Below are positions 10,197 through 18,871 of a stretch of DNA of 50,820 bases, one piece after another. The translations under genes were made by a program, and so were the position numbers. The DNA is from an uncultured Nitrososphaerota archaeon (GTDB lineage Archaea > Thermoproteota > EX4484-205 > JAAOZP01): NCBI GenBank assembly GCA_964416155.1, contig CAYQCW010000012.1, positions 1-50,820 of the forward strand, written 5' to 3'. Within the stretch, counting starts at the first letter, position 1; the number at the start of each line of letters is the position of its first letter. The notes below the pieces were generated by a model, which saw only the letters and a program-made list of their open reading frames with translations, searched no databases and was not told the DNA's origin.

Positions 10197-10996
10197 GACT
10201 CAGCCACCTCCAGCGCATACTCTACGGAAGCATTCTCGTGTACAATCGCCTTAAGGGCCTCAGCCATCCTCCTCGGGTTCTCATGTTGAAAAACATTCCT
10301 GCCTATTGAGACACCGGCGGCACCGGCTGAAACAGCGTCGCTAACCATCTTTAGAAACTCCCTGGTTGAAGAGGTTTTAGGACCGCCCGCTATAACCACG
10401 GGTATGCGCGTAGACTCTACGACGATCCTGAAAGACTCCGGCGACCCGGTGTAGTTCGTCTTTACAACGTCAGCACCAAGCTCCACCCCTATCCTCGCGA
10501 CGTGGGCAACCTCCTTGGGAGAATGCTCCTCAGCAATCTTCGAACCCCTAGGGTACATCATGGCCAGCAGAGGCATTCCTAGAATGCTGCAGATCCTTGC
10601 GGACTCAGCTAGGAAAGCCAGCTGCTCAAAGTCGGTTTCACAGCCAACGTTAACGTGCAGCGAGAAGCCGTCTGCACCCAGTGAAAGCGCTTCAAGAGGG
10701 GTTGCGCAACGAGTCTTCCTAAGCCTGTCTAAGCTTAGGTCCGTACCAGCTGAGCCGTGCACAATCATCCCAAGCCTGGCGGCGTCAATCATTCTCGCCC
10801 AACCCTTGTGCACAACTATCGCGTCTACACCACCCTTAGCCAGCTCGCCAACAAGATACGCCATGTTCCCCAGACCCTTCACCGGCCCTATTGAGACACC
10901 GTGGTCCATCGGCACTATTACGCTTCTCCCATCCTCCCTGAAGATCCTTCTAAGCCTCCTCCTTTTACCTGGTTCCGGAACGTCAAGCATGCTCAA
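10193..10996 (-). CDS. aroA': 2-amino-3,7-dideoxy-D-threo-hept-6-ulosonate synthase (class I aldolase)
   Basis: PMDHG, HKG, MMYPRG, GADVVKT, AGG, GRNVFQ; adjacent to aroB'. Confidence 0.9.
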   Translation of the reverse strand: MSMLDVPEPGKRRRLRRIFREDGRSVIVPMDHGVSIGPVKGLGNMAYLVGELAKGGVDAIVVHKGWARMIDAARLGMIVHGSAGTDLSLDRLRKTRCATPLEALSLGADGFSLHVNVGCETDFEQLAFLAESARICSILGMPLLAMMYPRGSKIAEEHSPKEVAHVARIGVELGADVVKTNYTGSPESFRIVVESTRIPVVIAGGPKTSSTREFLKMVSDAVSAGAAGVSIGRNVFQHENPRRMAEALKAIVHENASVEYALEVAES

Positions 10997-12033
10997 ATAA
11001 GCCTCATCTCCTTAAGCACCTCCGCCACGAGTATTGAGCCTCCTGCAGCACCCCTCACAGTATTATGCGAGAGAACAACATACTTAACCGTTAAAGAGCC
11101 GCATTTCACAACTCTCCCCACGACAACCCCCATCCCATCCTTGTAATCCCTGTCCAGCCTGGGCTGGGGCCTGTCCTCCTCCTCCCTAACCTGTATAACG
11201 GGGTCTGGCGCCGAGAATAGGCTCATCCTCTGCGGCAACGGTTTAAACTCTCTTAAAACCCTCTTAACATCCTCCGGCTCAAAATCCTTCTCGAGCTCTG
11301 CAAAGACATGTAAAAGATGCCCGTCTATAGTTGGAACCCTGTTAACGCTCGCCAAAACCGGTATGTTAAGCGGCCTAAATGGTTCACCCAGTATCTTGAG
11401 AGTCTCAGCCTGAAGCTTCTCCTCCTCACCCTTTACGAATGGGATTACGTTGTCAGCGATGTCGAGCGACTGGATACCCGGGTAGCCTGCTCCGCTTAAG
11501 GCTTGCAGCGAGACTGTTATAACTCTTCTCAAGCCGAAAGCGTCTAGAAGGGGTTTAAGCGATATTACTAGAGGCATCGTTGTGCAGTTCGACTTCGTGA
11601 CGAGGAATCCTTCCCAATGCTTCTCGCTACGCTGCCTCTCTATTATGCTTACGTGGTCAGGGTTAACCTCCGGGATTATCATCGGCACGAGCGGATCCAT
11701 TCGGAAGGCGCTTGCGGTGGAGACGATTTTAAAACCCTGCTCTGCAAGCATGGGTTCAACTTTCAAAGCAGCTTCACTAGGCAGGCTTGAGAAGATGAGC
11801 TCAACATCTTTCAACACCTCAACCCTAGTTTCCTGAACAATCATTTCTGAAGCGGGCTCAGGCGGGTCGCCTCCTAGAAGCCAGTGTGCAGCCTCCTTAT
11901 ACTTCTTCCCGGCGGACCTCTCTGAGGCTGTTAAAGCCTTTATTTCGAAAAACGGGTGGCTGGAGAGCAGCTTGACGAACCTCTGGCCGACTAGGCCTGT
12001 GGCCCCGAGGACGGCTACGCTAATCCTCCTCAA
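10993..12033 (-). CDS. asd: Aspartate-semialdehyde dehydrogenase
   Basis: LGATGLVGQ, NCTT, QALSGAG, HNTVRGAAG; TTG start at 12033 with GGAGG upstream. Confidence 0.96.
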   Translation of the reverse strand: MRRISVAVLGATGLVGQRFVKLLSSHPFFEIKALTASERSAGKKYKEAAHWLLGGDPPEPASEMIVQETRVEVLKDVELIFSSLPSEAALKVEPMLAEQGFKIVSTASAFRMDPLVPMIIPEVNPDHVSIIERQRSEKHWEGFLVTKSNCTTMPLVISLKPLLDAFGLRRVITVSLQALSGAGYPGIQSLDIADNVIPFVKGEEEKLQAETLKILGEPFRPLNIPVLASVNRVPTIDGHLLHVFAELEKDFEPEDVKRVLREFKPLPQRMSLFSAPDPVIQVREEEDRPQPRLDRDYKDGMGVVVGRVVKCGSLTVKYVVLSHNTVRGAAGGSILVAEVLKEMRLI

Positions 12034-13240
12034 CCCTGAAAGCCTCCTCCAGAAGCCTGAAAGCCTTTTCAACATGCTCCTCGGGAATAAGCACTATGAA
12101 GTAGGAGCCAAGCGTCAAGATGCCGTGTATGTTAATCTCCTCCTTAGCCATGGGTGCGGAAATCCTGTATAGTACGCCGGGTGTCTCATGAAGGTCTGTA
12201 CCCCTGATGATTATTCCCCGCAGGCCCTGCCTCACCGCAAGGCCGACAGCATCCTCACCGAGCAGAAACTCGTCGTGCATCCTTTGAACAGTCTCCTCCC
12301 GGAGTTTCCCGGAGAAGTATGCTAGCACCTCCCTGTTGTTGGAAACGATTCCGAGGAGCTGAGGCTCATCCGTGTCGACGCTTTTCAAAACATCCATGGC
12401 CCTGCTGACAGCCCTGAGGCTCCTCCCGACGAACATGACTGCTGAGACACTGCTGTTAATGATCTCCATGCTTAACGGTGGGGCTGAGGCAAGTATCAGC
12501 GTGCCACCGCCGCTTAGACTCTTAGAATCATAGCTTATAACCCTGACCTTCAGCGAGGGCGGAATATACTTCAGGGATGATTTATGTATGAACTTGACCC
12601 CGACGTCAGCCAGCGCTGCGAGCTCCTCGGTTGTAAGCTCCTCCAGCCTCTTGGCTGACCTCACTAGACGGGGATCAGCCGACATTATTCCGGAGACGCT
12701 TGTAACCAGAACAGTATCCCTAGGGTTTAGGGCCGAGGCAAGTATGAAGGCGGTGGAGTCGCTCCCACCTCTGCCGAGCGTCGTAACGTTTCCCCCAGGA
12801 TCCTTGCCTATGAAACCAGGCACTACAACCACGTCGAACTCTTCCAGCAGGCTTCCTACAACCTGCCTGATTCTCCTGCAGGATTCTTGAACAATTATCC
12901 TAGCGTTACCGTAGTTGCTGTCCGTCAGAATGGGCCATTCGTCTTGAGACGGGTCTAGGAAAGTAGCCTTAACACCTTTAGATGGAAGCGTGGCTGAGAA
13001 AACCCTGGCGCTCGTCCTCTCACCCATCGATAGAACCTCGTCCATGAACCTGGGGTCGCCGGCATCCTTGAAAAGCTGGAGAAGAGTATCCGTGGTTGAG
13101 CCCATGGCTGAGACGACGACCACAACCTTGCTGCCCTTCTTAACCTCTTGAGCGACCAGCTCAGCAGCATGCTCAACTCTCTCCCTGGTTGAGAGAGCCG
13201 CGCCCCCAAACTTGACGACGAGAACCCCGTCGGAACCCAT
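12020..13240 (-). CDS. lysC: Aspartate kinase (catalytic motifs intact)
   Basis: VKFGG, VSAMG, GER, GFIG, TTLGRGGSD, ADP; C-terminal ACT region. Confidence 0.92.
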   Translation of the reverse strand: MGSDGVLVVKFGGAALSTRERVEHAAELVAQEVKKGSKVVVVVSAMGSTTDTLLQLFKDAGDPRFMDEVLSMGERTSARVFSATLPSKGVKATFLDPSQDEWPILTDSNYGNARIIVQESCRRIRQVVGSLLEEFDVVVVPGFIGKDPGGNVTTLGRGGSDSTAFILASALNPRDTVLVTSVSGIMSADPRLVRSAKRLEELTTEELAALADVGVKFIHKSSLKYIPPSLKVRVISYDSKSLSGGGTLILASAPPLSMEIINSSVSAVMFVGRSLRAVSRAMDVLKSVDTDEPQLLGIVSNNREVLAYFSGKLREETVQRMHDEFLLGEDAVGLAVRQGLRGIIIRGTDLHETPGVLYRISAPMAKEEINIHGILTLGSYFIVLIPEEHVEKAFRLLEEAFRVEED

Positions 13241-13262
13241 TTCTCCAAAACCTCCTAAGGTT

Positions 13263-13352
13263 TCAATAATAGTGGAACACGAGGTAAAAGCCTTCTCCCG
13301 AAGCCTTTGAGACTTCAGAAGGCTCTTCGACGCGTCTCGAAGACTTAAGCAT
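13263..13352 (-). CDS. Candidate leader peptide of the aro operon, 29 aa: MLKSSRRVEEPSEVSKASGEGFYLVFHYY
   Basis: ATG about 22 nt downstream of a TATA box; ends in F-Y-L-V-F-H-Y-Y-stop, 22 nt before the ask ATG. Confidence 0.6.
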   Translation of the reverse strand: MLKSSRRVEEPSEVSKASGEGFYLVFHYY

Positions 13353-13371
13353 AGAGGCGCACGACCCCTTG

Positions 13372-13386
13372 TGTTTAAAAATTTTA
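13372..13386 (-). promoter_or_regulatory. TATA box of leader/aro operon
   Basis: Minus strand AAAATTTTTAAACA, at leaderless-transcript distance from ATG 13352. Confidence 0.55.
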
Positions 13387-13486
13387 CTTGAGAAGCCTGC
13401 TTCCTATTACTGCCGTTTATAATTCTACGCGAATCCAGGCGTTAAGAATCAATAAAGGGTAAACGTTAAACATGCGAGAGGCGTCA

Positions 13487-15052
13487 TCATTGTTTATTGT
13501 GCTTCAAGAGGAAAAACTTGTAGCCTGCTACAAGCGCCTCTTCAGCAGCCTTCAAAATGTTTGTTGAAACGCCTATCGTCGTCCACCTGCCGCCGTTTGA
13601 TTCAAACTCGGCAAGTATCCTTACTGACGCTGCAGTACCGGATGGCGCGTCTATCTCCCTGACCCTGAACCCGGTTAGGGAAACGTAAGCGATTCCAGGG
13701 TAAACTGGGCTGAGCGCCTTCTTCAAAGCACTGTCGAAAGCGTTAACCGGTCCGTTTCCCTCTGCTGAAGCAGACATGCTTACTCCTCCGACCCTTACTT
13801 TAACGACGCACTCCACTATCTGCCTGTCTCCAAGCCATGTAACGACCGAGGTCCAGTGTTCAAGCTCAAAAAGCTGCGAAGGACCGTGAAGACTCTCGTG
13901 GAGAAGCAGGAAGAGGCTTCCGTCGGCATCCTCGAAGACATAGCCTTTCGACTCCAGATCCTTAATCTTTTTCAGAGCCTCCAGGATCCTTGGATCCCTC
14001 CTGTCTACTTCTAGACCCATTTCCTGAGCCTTGGCTGCAAGGTTCGCGGTGCCCGACTGCGAGGAGACAATTATGGCGCTCGTGTTGCCGAAGATAGCTG
14101 GGTCCGTGAACTCGTACGCCTCCCTGTTCTTTAAAACAGCGTCACCGTGAACACCGCCCTTATGGGAGAAAGCATACTTGCCTACGAAAGGCTGCCTAGG
14201 GTTCTCCTCCAGGGAAGCTATGTCGCGCAGATACCTAGAGACCATGGAGAGCATTCTCAGGTTAACATCCATCGTGTAGTTGAACCTTGCAGCCAACACC
14301 CCTATGATTTGAACGAGGTCAGCGTTTCCACATCTTTCCCCTATTCCGTTTATCGTCCCTTGCACCATCACGGCCCCGGCTTTAACAGCGGCGACAGTGT
14401 TAGCCACAGCCATACCCGTATCGTTATGAGCGTGAATCCCCAACGGTGTTTCAAAAACCCCTTTAATTCTCTTAACAACCTCGTAGACCTCCAGAGGGTC
14501 GGAGGCACCCCGCGTATCCGCTAAAACTAGGAAGGACGCGCCGGCCTTCTCAGCAGTCTTCAGAACCTCAAGGGCGTAGTCCGGATCATCCCTGTAGCCG
14601 TCGAAGAAATGCTCAGCGTCGAACACTACTTCTCTACCGGATGCTTTCAAAAACTTAACACTATCGTGAATCATGCTCAAGTTTTCTTCAAGCGTCGTGT
14701 TCAAAACATCCTTAACATGGAGAACCCAGGATTTCCCGAATAATGTTGCAGTTGGAATATTTGGTTGAACAAGGTATTTTAAATCAGGATCATCCTCAGC
14801 CCTGACCCGCGGCTTACGGGTCCTTCCGAACGTTGAAACCCTCGCCCTCAGCCTGTATTTCAATATTCTCTGGAAGAAGGAGACATCTATCTGGTTAGTC
14901 TCGTTAGGCCAACCGCCCTCAATATAGTTCACCCCAAGGTCGTCAAGCTTGAGAGCAATCTTAATCTTGTCCTCAAGCGAGAAGTTTACGCCAACAGCCT
15001 GGTTACCATCCCTGAGGGTGGTGTCGAAAATAAGGATTTTACTCTCCTCCAA
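13487..15052 (-). CDS. cimA: Citramalate synthase (isopropylmalate/homocitrate synthase family)
   Basis: DTTLRDG, IEGGWP, FGKSWxLHV, DAEHFFDG, HAHND, HKGGVH, GNGPVNA. Confidence 0.85.
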   Translation of the reverse strand: MEESKILIFDTTLRDGNQAVGVNFSLEDKIKIALKLDDLGVNYIEGGWPNETNQIDVSFFQRILKYRLRARVSTFGRTRKPRVRAEDDPDLKYLVQPNIPTATLFGKSWVLHVKDVLNTTLEENLSMIHDSVKFLKASGREVVFDAEHFFDGYRDDPDYALEVLKTAEKAGASFLVLADTRGASDPLEVYEVVKRIKGVFETPLGIHAHNDTGMAVANTVAAVKAGAVMVQGTINGIGERCGNADLVQIIGVLAARFNYTMDVNLRMLSMVSRYLRDIASLEENPRQPFVGKYAFSHKGGVHGDAVLKNREAYEFTDPAIFGNTSAIIVSSQSGTANLAAKAQEMGLEVDRRDPRILEALKKIKDLESKGYVFEDADGSLFLLLHESLHGPSQLFELEHWTSVVTWLGDRQIVECVVKVRVGGVSMSASAEGNGPVNAFDSALKKALSPVYPGIAYVSLTGFRVREIDAPSGTAASVRILAEFESNGGRWTTIGVSTNILKAAEEALVAGYKFFLLKHNKQ

Positions 15053-15054
15053 GG

Positions 15055-15635
15055 CTAATCTTCCCTAAGCCATTTCAACCCAGGGTCGCCGGCGACAGCC
15101 GGATGATTAGGATCAACCATCACTACTTCAAACCACTTGTAGACCCCGTCCTCCCCAACCCAGTAGGAGCCTAGAACCCTCATATTAGGATATTCTCGGA
15201 AAGCCCTCTCCTCAGCCATACTCTGCCTACTCTTACCCGGTTTAAACAGGACGACACCGAGATGCTTAGGCCTCCTTCCTGCCCTAGGTCTAGGCTTCCT
15301 CCTACCGCCCTTCCTAACCCTCGACCTGACTATTATGAAACCGGGTTTAGCCCTGTAGCCAAGCCTCCTCGCAGCATTCACGTCGGTAGGCTTCTCAACC
15401 CTGGTTACGGCTGGCTCGCGCCTCCACTCTATAAGCCTCCTCCTGCGGACCTCTTCAACTGAAGCTAGAAGAAGGTTTTCAGAATCCTTTGAAAGCCTAA
15501 TCCTCTTCATGCTGCGACACCAGCCTTATGAAAACTCCTTCTAGAGGGGGAGGAGCATAGCCTGACCCCTGGGCTCGACCAGCCTTAACCACCGCTACCC
15601 CCTGCTTCGAAAGCATAGCGTAGGTATTTGACCAT
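15055..15635 (-). CDS. rpl15e: 50S ribosomal protein L15e; body 15055-15466, putative first exon 15598-15635 (unspliced alternative start 15510)
   Basis: [38 protein letters not shown]. Identity certain; 5' structure is inferred. Confidence 0.9.
15467..15597 (-). other. Putative BHB-type intron(s) in rpl15e, or structured 5' leader
   Basis: Two tandem hairpins sharing TAAGGCTGGT; CTAGAAGGAGTTTTCA pairs with TGAAAACCTTCTTCTAG in BHB-like geometry; excision restores the frame to MVKYLRYAF. Confidence 0.5.
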
Positions 15636-15690
15636 GTCCACCTGTATATAAGCTATTCAGTCAGCCATGCTAACCCTATGCTTCCCATGC

Positions 15691-16309
15691 TTATCGACAA
15701 AATCTTCTGTAATTATAAAAGTCCGGTTCTTTATCCCCCACCCACTTATGCCACTTTATTCTGATTTTATCCCTCGGTATTCCAGTTTCTTGAGATATCT
15801 CGTCAAGATATTGAGAAAGCCTAGAAGCAAGGGTCTCATCCGTCTTAACAATCAATTCCCCGACTTGACCCTTTAAAACAGTATTGAAGGGATACTGCTC
15901 AGAGATTCGGATGCATCCATCTAAATTGTTAACAGCACCCAAGTTTAGTACCTCCACGTACTCTATCTTAGTCATCCCTCTGGAGGCCAGCTTCATCTAT
16001 TGCCTCAATTATCTCCTTCTCATTGTAACCGAGGCTTATCAGAGGAGCTATCTTCAGCCAGATCTCGTCGACGAGGCTAAGATTCACCCCGTTTGGAACA
16101 ATGTAGCCCTGCTCAAGAAGCGGGCCGTCAGGAGGAACACCGTTTTCAAGCTGCCTCCTGAAAAACTTGAAATCACCGGTGCTCCCAGCCATTTCATAGC
16201 TGTTAGTCTGACCGTTTGTCGAGGCGAGAACTAAGATAGCACTGTGAAACTCGTAGGTAAGGATAAGGAGGACGAAGAACACTCCAGCGACCCTCCTCCC
16301 AAGACCCAT
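15691..16309 (-). pseudogene. Frameshifted secreted hypothetical protein
   Basis: Signal-peptide ORF (MGLGRRVAGVFFVLLIL...) ending at 15968, continued by an overlapping ORF 15691-15996 in another frame. Confidence 0.45.
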
Positions 16310-16622
16310 GGTTGAGAAACAATCGAAAAACATCTATTTACGGCGTGTGCAAGCGAAAATTTGCGCTTGCAGTCAGCGGAAATTTCCGACAGCAAAACTT
16401 ATATATCGCAAGTCTTTTCGCGCGGCTTCCACAGTCCTCTAAATCCACGATCAAGCCTGAATTAGAAAGGCCTGTAGGCTCGTTAGACACGCACCGGCAA
16501 TAAGCCTATGCGAGTCCGCAGACCTAATGGGCATGCAAGAACCAGGAGCCATCAGTAAAAGACGCATGATTGGCGTACGCTAGAGATATTGTTTAAATCC
16601 CTGCTCCGCATAAGTCTTACAG

Positions 16623-17834
16623 ATGGTTACGAGACTAGTAGGCCTCAGCGGAAAGCCTAATGTGGGGAAGTCGACATTGTACTCAGCATTGACGCTTAAT
16701 ATTGTTAAGATTGCTGACTATCCTTTCACCACTTTGACTCCGAACAAGGGTGTTGGCTATTTGAGGAAGAAGTGTGTCTGCAAGAGTATCGGCGTTGCCG
16801 ATAATCCTGTGAACTCCAGGTGTGTCAACGGCTTCAGGTTTATCCCGGTTGAGCTGGTCGACCTTCCGGGTATTGTTCCCGGCGCACATGAGGGAAGGGG
16901 TCTTGGCAACCAGTTTCTGTCCGAGATAAGTATGGCGGACGCTTTGATTCATGTTGTCGACGCTTCGGGCAGCTTGGATGCTGAGGGCAGGCCGGCTGAT
17001 CCTGATCCTGAGAACACTCTGAGGGACATAAGGTTTTTCGAGGAGGAGTATGATCGTTGGCTCGCCGGGATTATTGAGAGGGGTGTTCAGAAGGCTCCCA
17101 GGGGGAGGCCTAGCAGGAGGAGCGTTGAAGATGTTTTAAGCCAGGTTTTAAGCGGCCTGGCGATAGGAAGAGGGGATGTTGAGAAGGCTGTTGAAAAGGT
17201 TAACCCGCCTGACGATTTCTCGAAGTGGAGCCGGGAGACGATGATCGAGCTGGCCAGGACTGTCAGGACTATTGCTAAGCCTATGGTTATAGCGGCGAAC
17301 AAGATTGACAGGAAGGGGGGGGAGGAGGGAGTTAGAAGGATTAGGGAGGCAGGTTACAATCCTATTCCGATTAGCGCTGAGGCGGAGCTTGTCCTCAGGA
17401 GGGCTGCTGAAGCAGGGCTTTTAGAATATTTTCCTGGAGACAATGACTTCAAGATTGTTAGGCCGGAAGCGCTTAAGGAGAAGCAGAGGGAGGCTCTTGA
17501 AATGGTCAGGGATAAGGTTTTAAAGCCTTGGGGTTCGACCGGTGTCCAGGAGCTTTTGAACACTGTGTATTTCAGGGTTCTTAAAATGATAACTGTTTAT
17601 CCTGTTGAAGACCCGAATAGGCTTACTGACAAGAAGGGGAATGTTCTGCCCGACGTCTACCTTGTCCCTATTGGGATGAAAGTTAAAGAGTTCGCCGGGC
17701 TCATACACAGCGACCTCATGAATAATTTTCTCTACGCTATTGACGCTAAGCGTAAGATTAGGTTGAGCGAGGACTATGTTTTAAAGGATGATGATGTAGT
17801 GAGCATTGTGGCCGTCGGCAGGCAGAAGGGCTGA
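16623..17834 (+). CDS. ychF: Obg-family YchF/Ygr210-type GTPase/ATPase with TGS domain
   Basis: GKPNVGKS, YPFTT, DLPG, GRGLGNQFL, NKID, IHSDL. Confidence 0.93.
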   Translation: MVTRLVGLSGKPNVGKSTLYSALTLNIVKIADYPFTTLTPNKGVGYLRKKCVCKSIGVADNPVNSRCVNGFRFIPVELVDLPGIVPGAHEGRGLGNQFLSEISMADALIHVVDASGSLDAEGRPADPDPENTLRDIRFFEEEYDRWLAGIIERGVQKAPRGRPSRRSVEDVLSQVLSGLAIGRGDVEKAVEKVNPPDDFSKWSRETMIELARTVRTIAKPMVIAANKIDRKGGEEGVRRIREAGYNPIPISAEAELVLRRAAEAGLLEYFPGDNDFKIVRPEALKEKQREALEMVRDKVLKPWGSTGVQELLNTVYFRVLKMITVYPVEDPNRLTDKKGNVLPDVYLVPIGMKVKEFAGLIHSDLMNNFLYAIDAKRKIRLSEDYVLKDDDVVSIVAVGRQKG

Positions 17835-17859
17835 CTTAGACTAAAAACAATCGTTAAAT

Positions 17860-18144
17860 CTATCTGTAGTTTTCAACGTAGTAACCAACCTGCTTCTTAG
17901 GACCGTAGAACCTGACCCCCTTCTCCATTATCCTCTTTTTTATGACGCCGGCAACTTTTTCAGAAAGCTCGTTGCGGGAGACGAGGAAGTCCACTATCTG
18001 GAAAGCCTCCTCCACACCGTCACACCTTCTAATATAATCGAAAACGTTTGGAACATATCCTTTAAGAGTCTTAGGCTCAAGGCTCTTGGAGTATCCTTCA
18101 ACCGCTATCTTCATCAGCTCCTCCTCGCTGAGGCCCGTAGACAT
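17860..18144 (-). CDS. Conserved archaeal protein (DUF2095-like)
   Basis: GYxPxVxDYIRRC...EEA...GVRxYGPKK..GYY pattern. Confidence 0.75.
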   Translation of the reverse strand: MSTGLSEEELMKIAVEGYSKSLEPKTLKGYVPNVFDYIRRCDGVEEAFQIVDFLVSRNELSEKVAGVIKKRIMEKGVRFYGPKKQVGYYVENYR

Positions 18145-18145
18145 C

Positions 18146-18748
18146 TCAAGCAGCCTCGGCTAAACTCGCCCTAACCTCCTCAAGCCTAACTGGGGATCCG
18201 AGAATCTTCATCTTCTTAATTCCTGCAAGCTTTATCCTGTGAAACTTCTTAGCCTCGTTATAAAGGTCCGACTCAATCTTGCCGAAGACGAGCTCCTGAA
18301 CCAGCTGGGAATAATTCAGCTTGCTACACTTGCCTAAAACTATGTTCACCATCGCCTTCCTCATCTTCTTCCTCTGGGATTGCGAGGCATGGTAACGGGT
18401 AACGGCGATTGCTGAAACACGCATCCGGTAGCCGTCCTTCGTAGTAGCGTTGAAAATAATGTCAACCCTCGAGGAGCCTTTTCTAAGAAGGCTTCTTACG
18501 AAATCCCTGTCAAGCTCGTAGCCCCATAGTTCTGTGAAGGCAGTCTCCCCCTTCACACCGGTGATTTTGAACTTTATTTTAACGGTTGTGTGAGAAGGAT
18601 CGTCTGTCAGCTCGCTTAAAAGAACGCTTATAGTCCTGCCTATTAGGCTGCTCGGCTCTGGGGCTAAGACGCTGCCCACTGGCTTACCCCCGAGGTAATC
18701 CGGGGCAACCACTGCAAACCATTTTTTAGCCTTTTTCTGCTTCACCAA
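18146..18748 (-). CDS. rps3ae: 30S ribosomal protein S3Ae (eS1)
   Basis: KKWFAVVAP, LIGRTI, RDFVRSLLRKGSSRVD, TKDGY. Confidence 0.96.
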   Translation of the reverse strand: MVKQKKAKKWFAVVAPDYLGGKPVGSVLAPEPSSLIGRTISVLLSELTDDPSHTTVKIKFKITGVKGETAFTELWGYELDRDFVRSLLRKGSSRVDIIFNATTKDGYRMRVSAIAVTRYHASQSQRKKMRKAMVNIVLGKCSKLNYSQLVQELVFGKIESDLYNEAKKFHRIKLAGIKKMKILGSPVRLEEVRASLAEAA

Positions 18749-18871
18749 TCCGGAAGAGGCTTGCGAGCAGCGTATTTAAACTATGCTCTTCCGGAAGCCC
18801 TGCGCATATGCATCTTTTGCCAGCATCATAACTTATAAAAGCCTATTTTAAACAGGATTGTTGTCGCAAAG

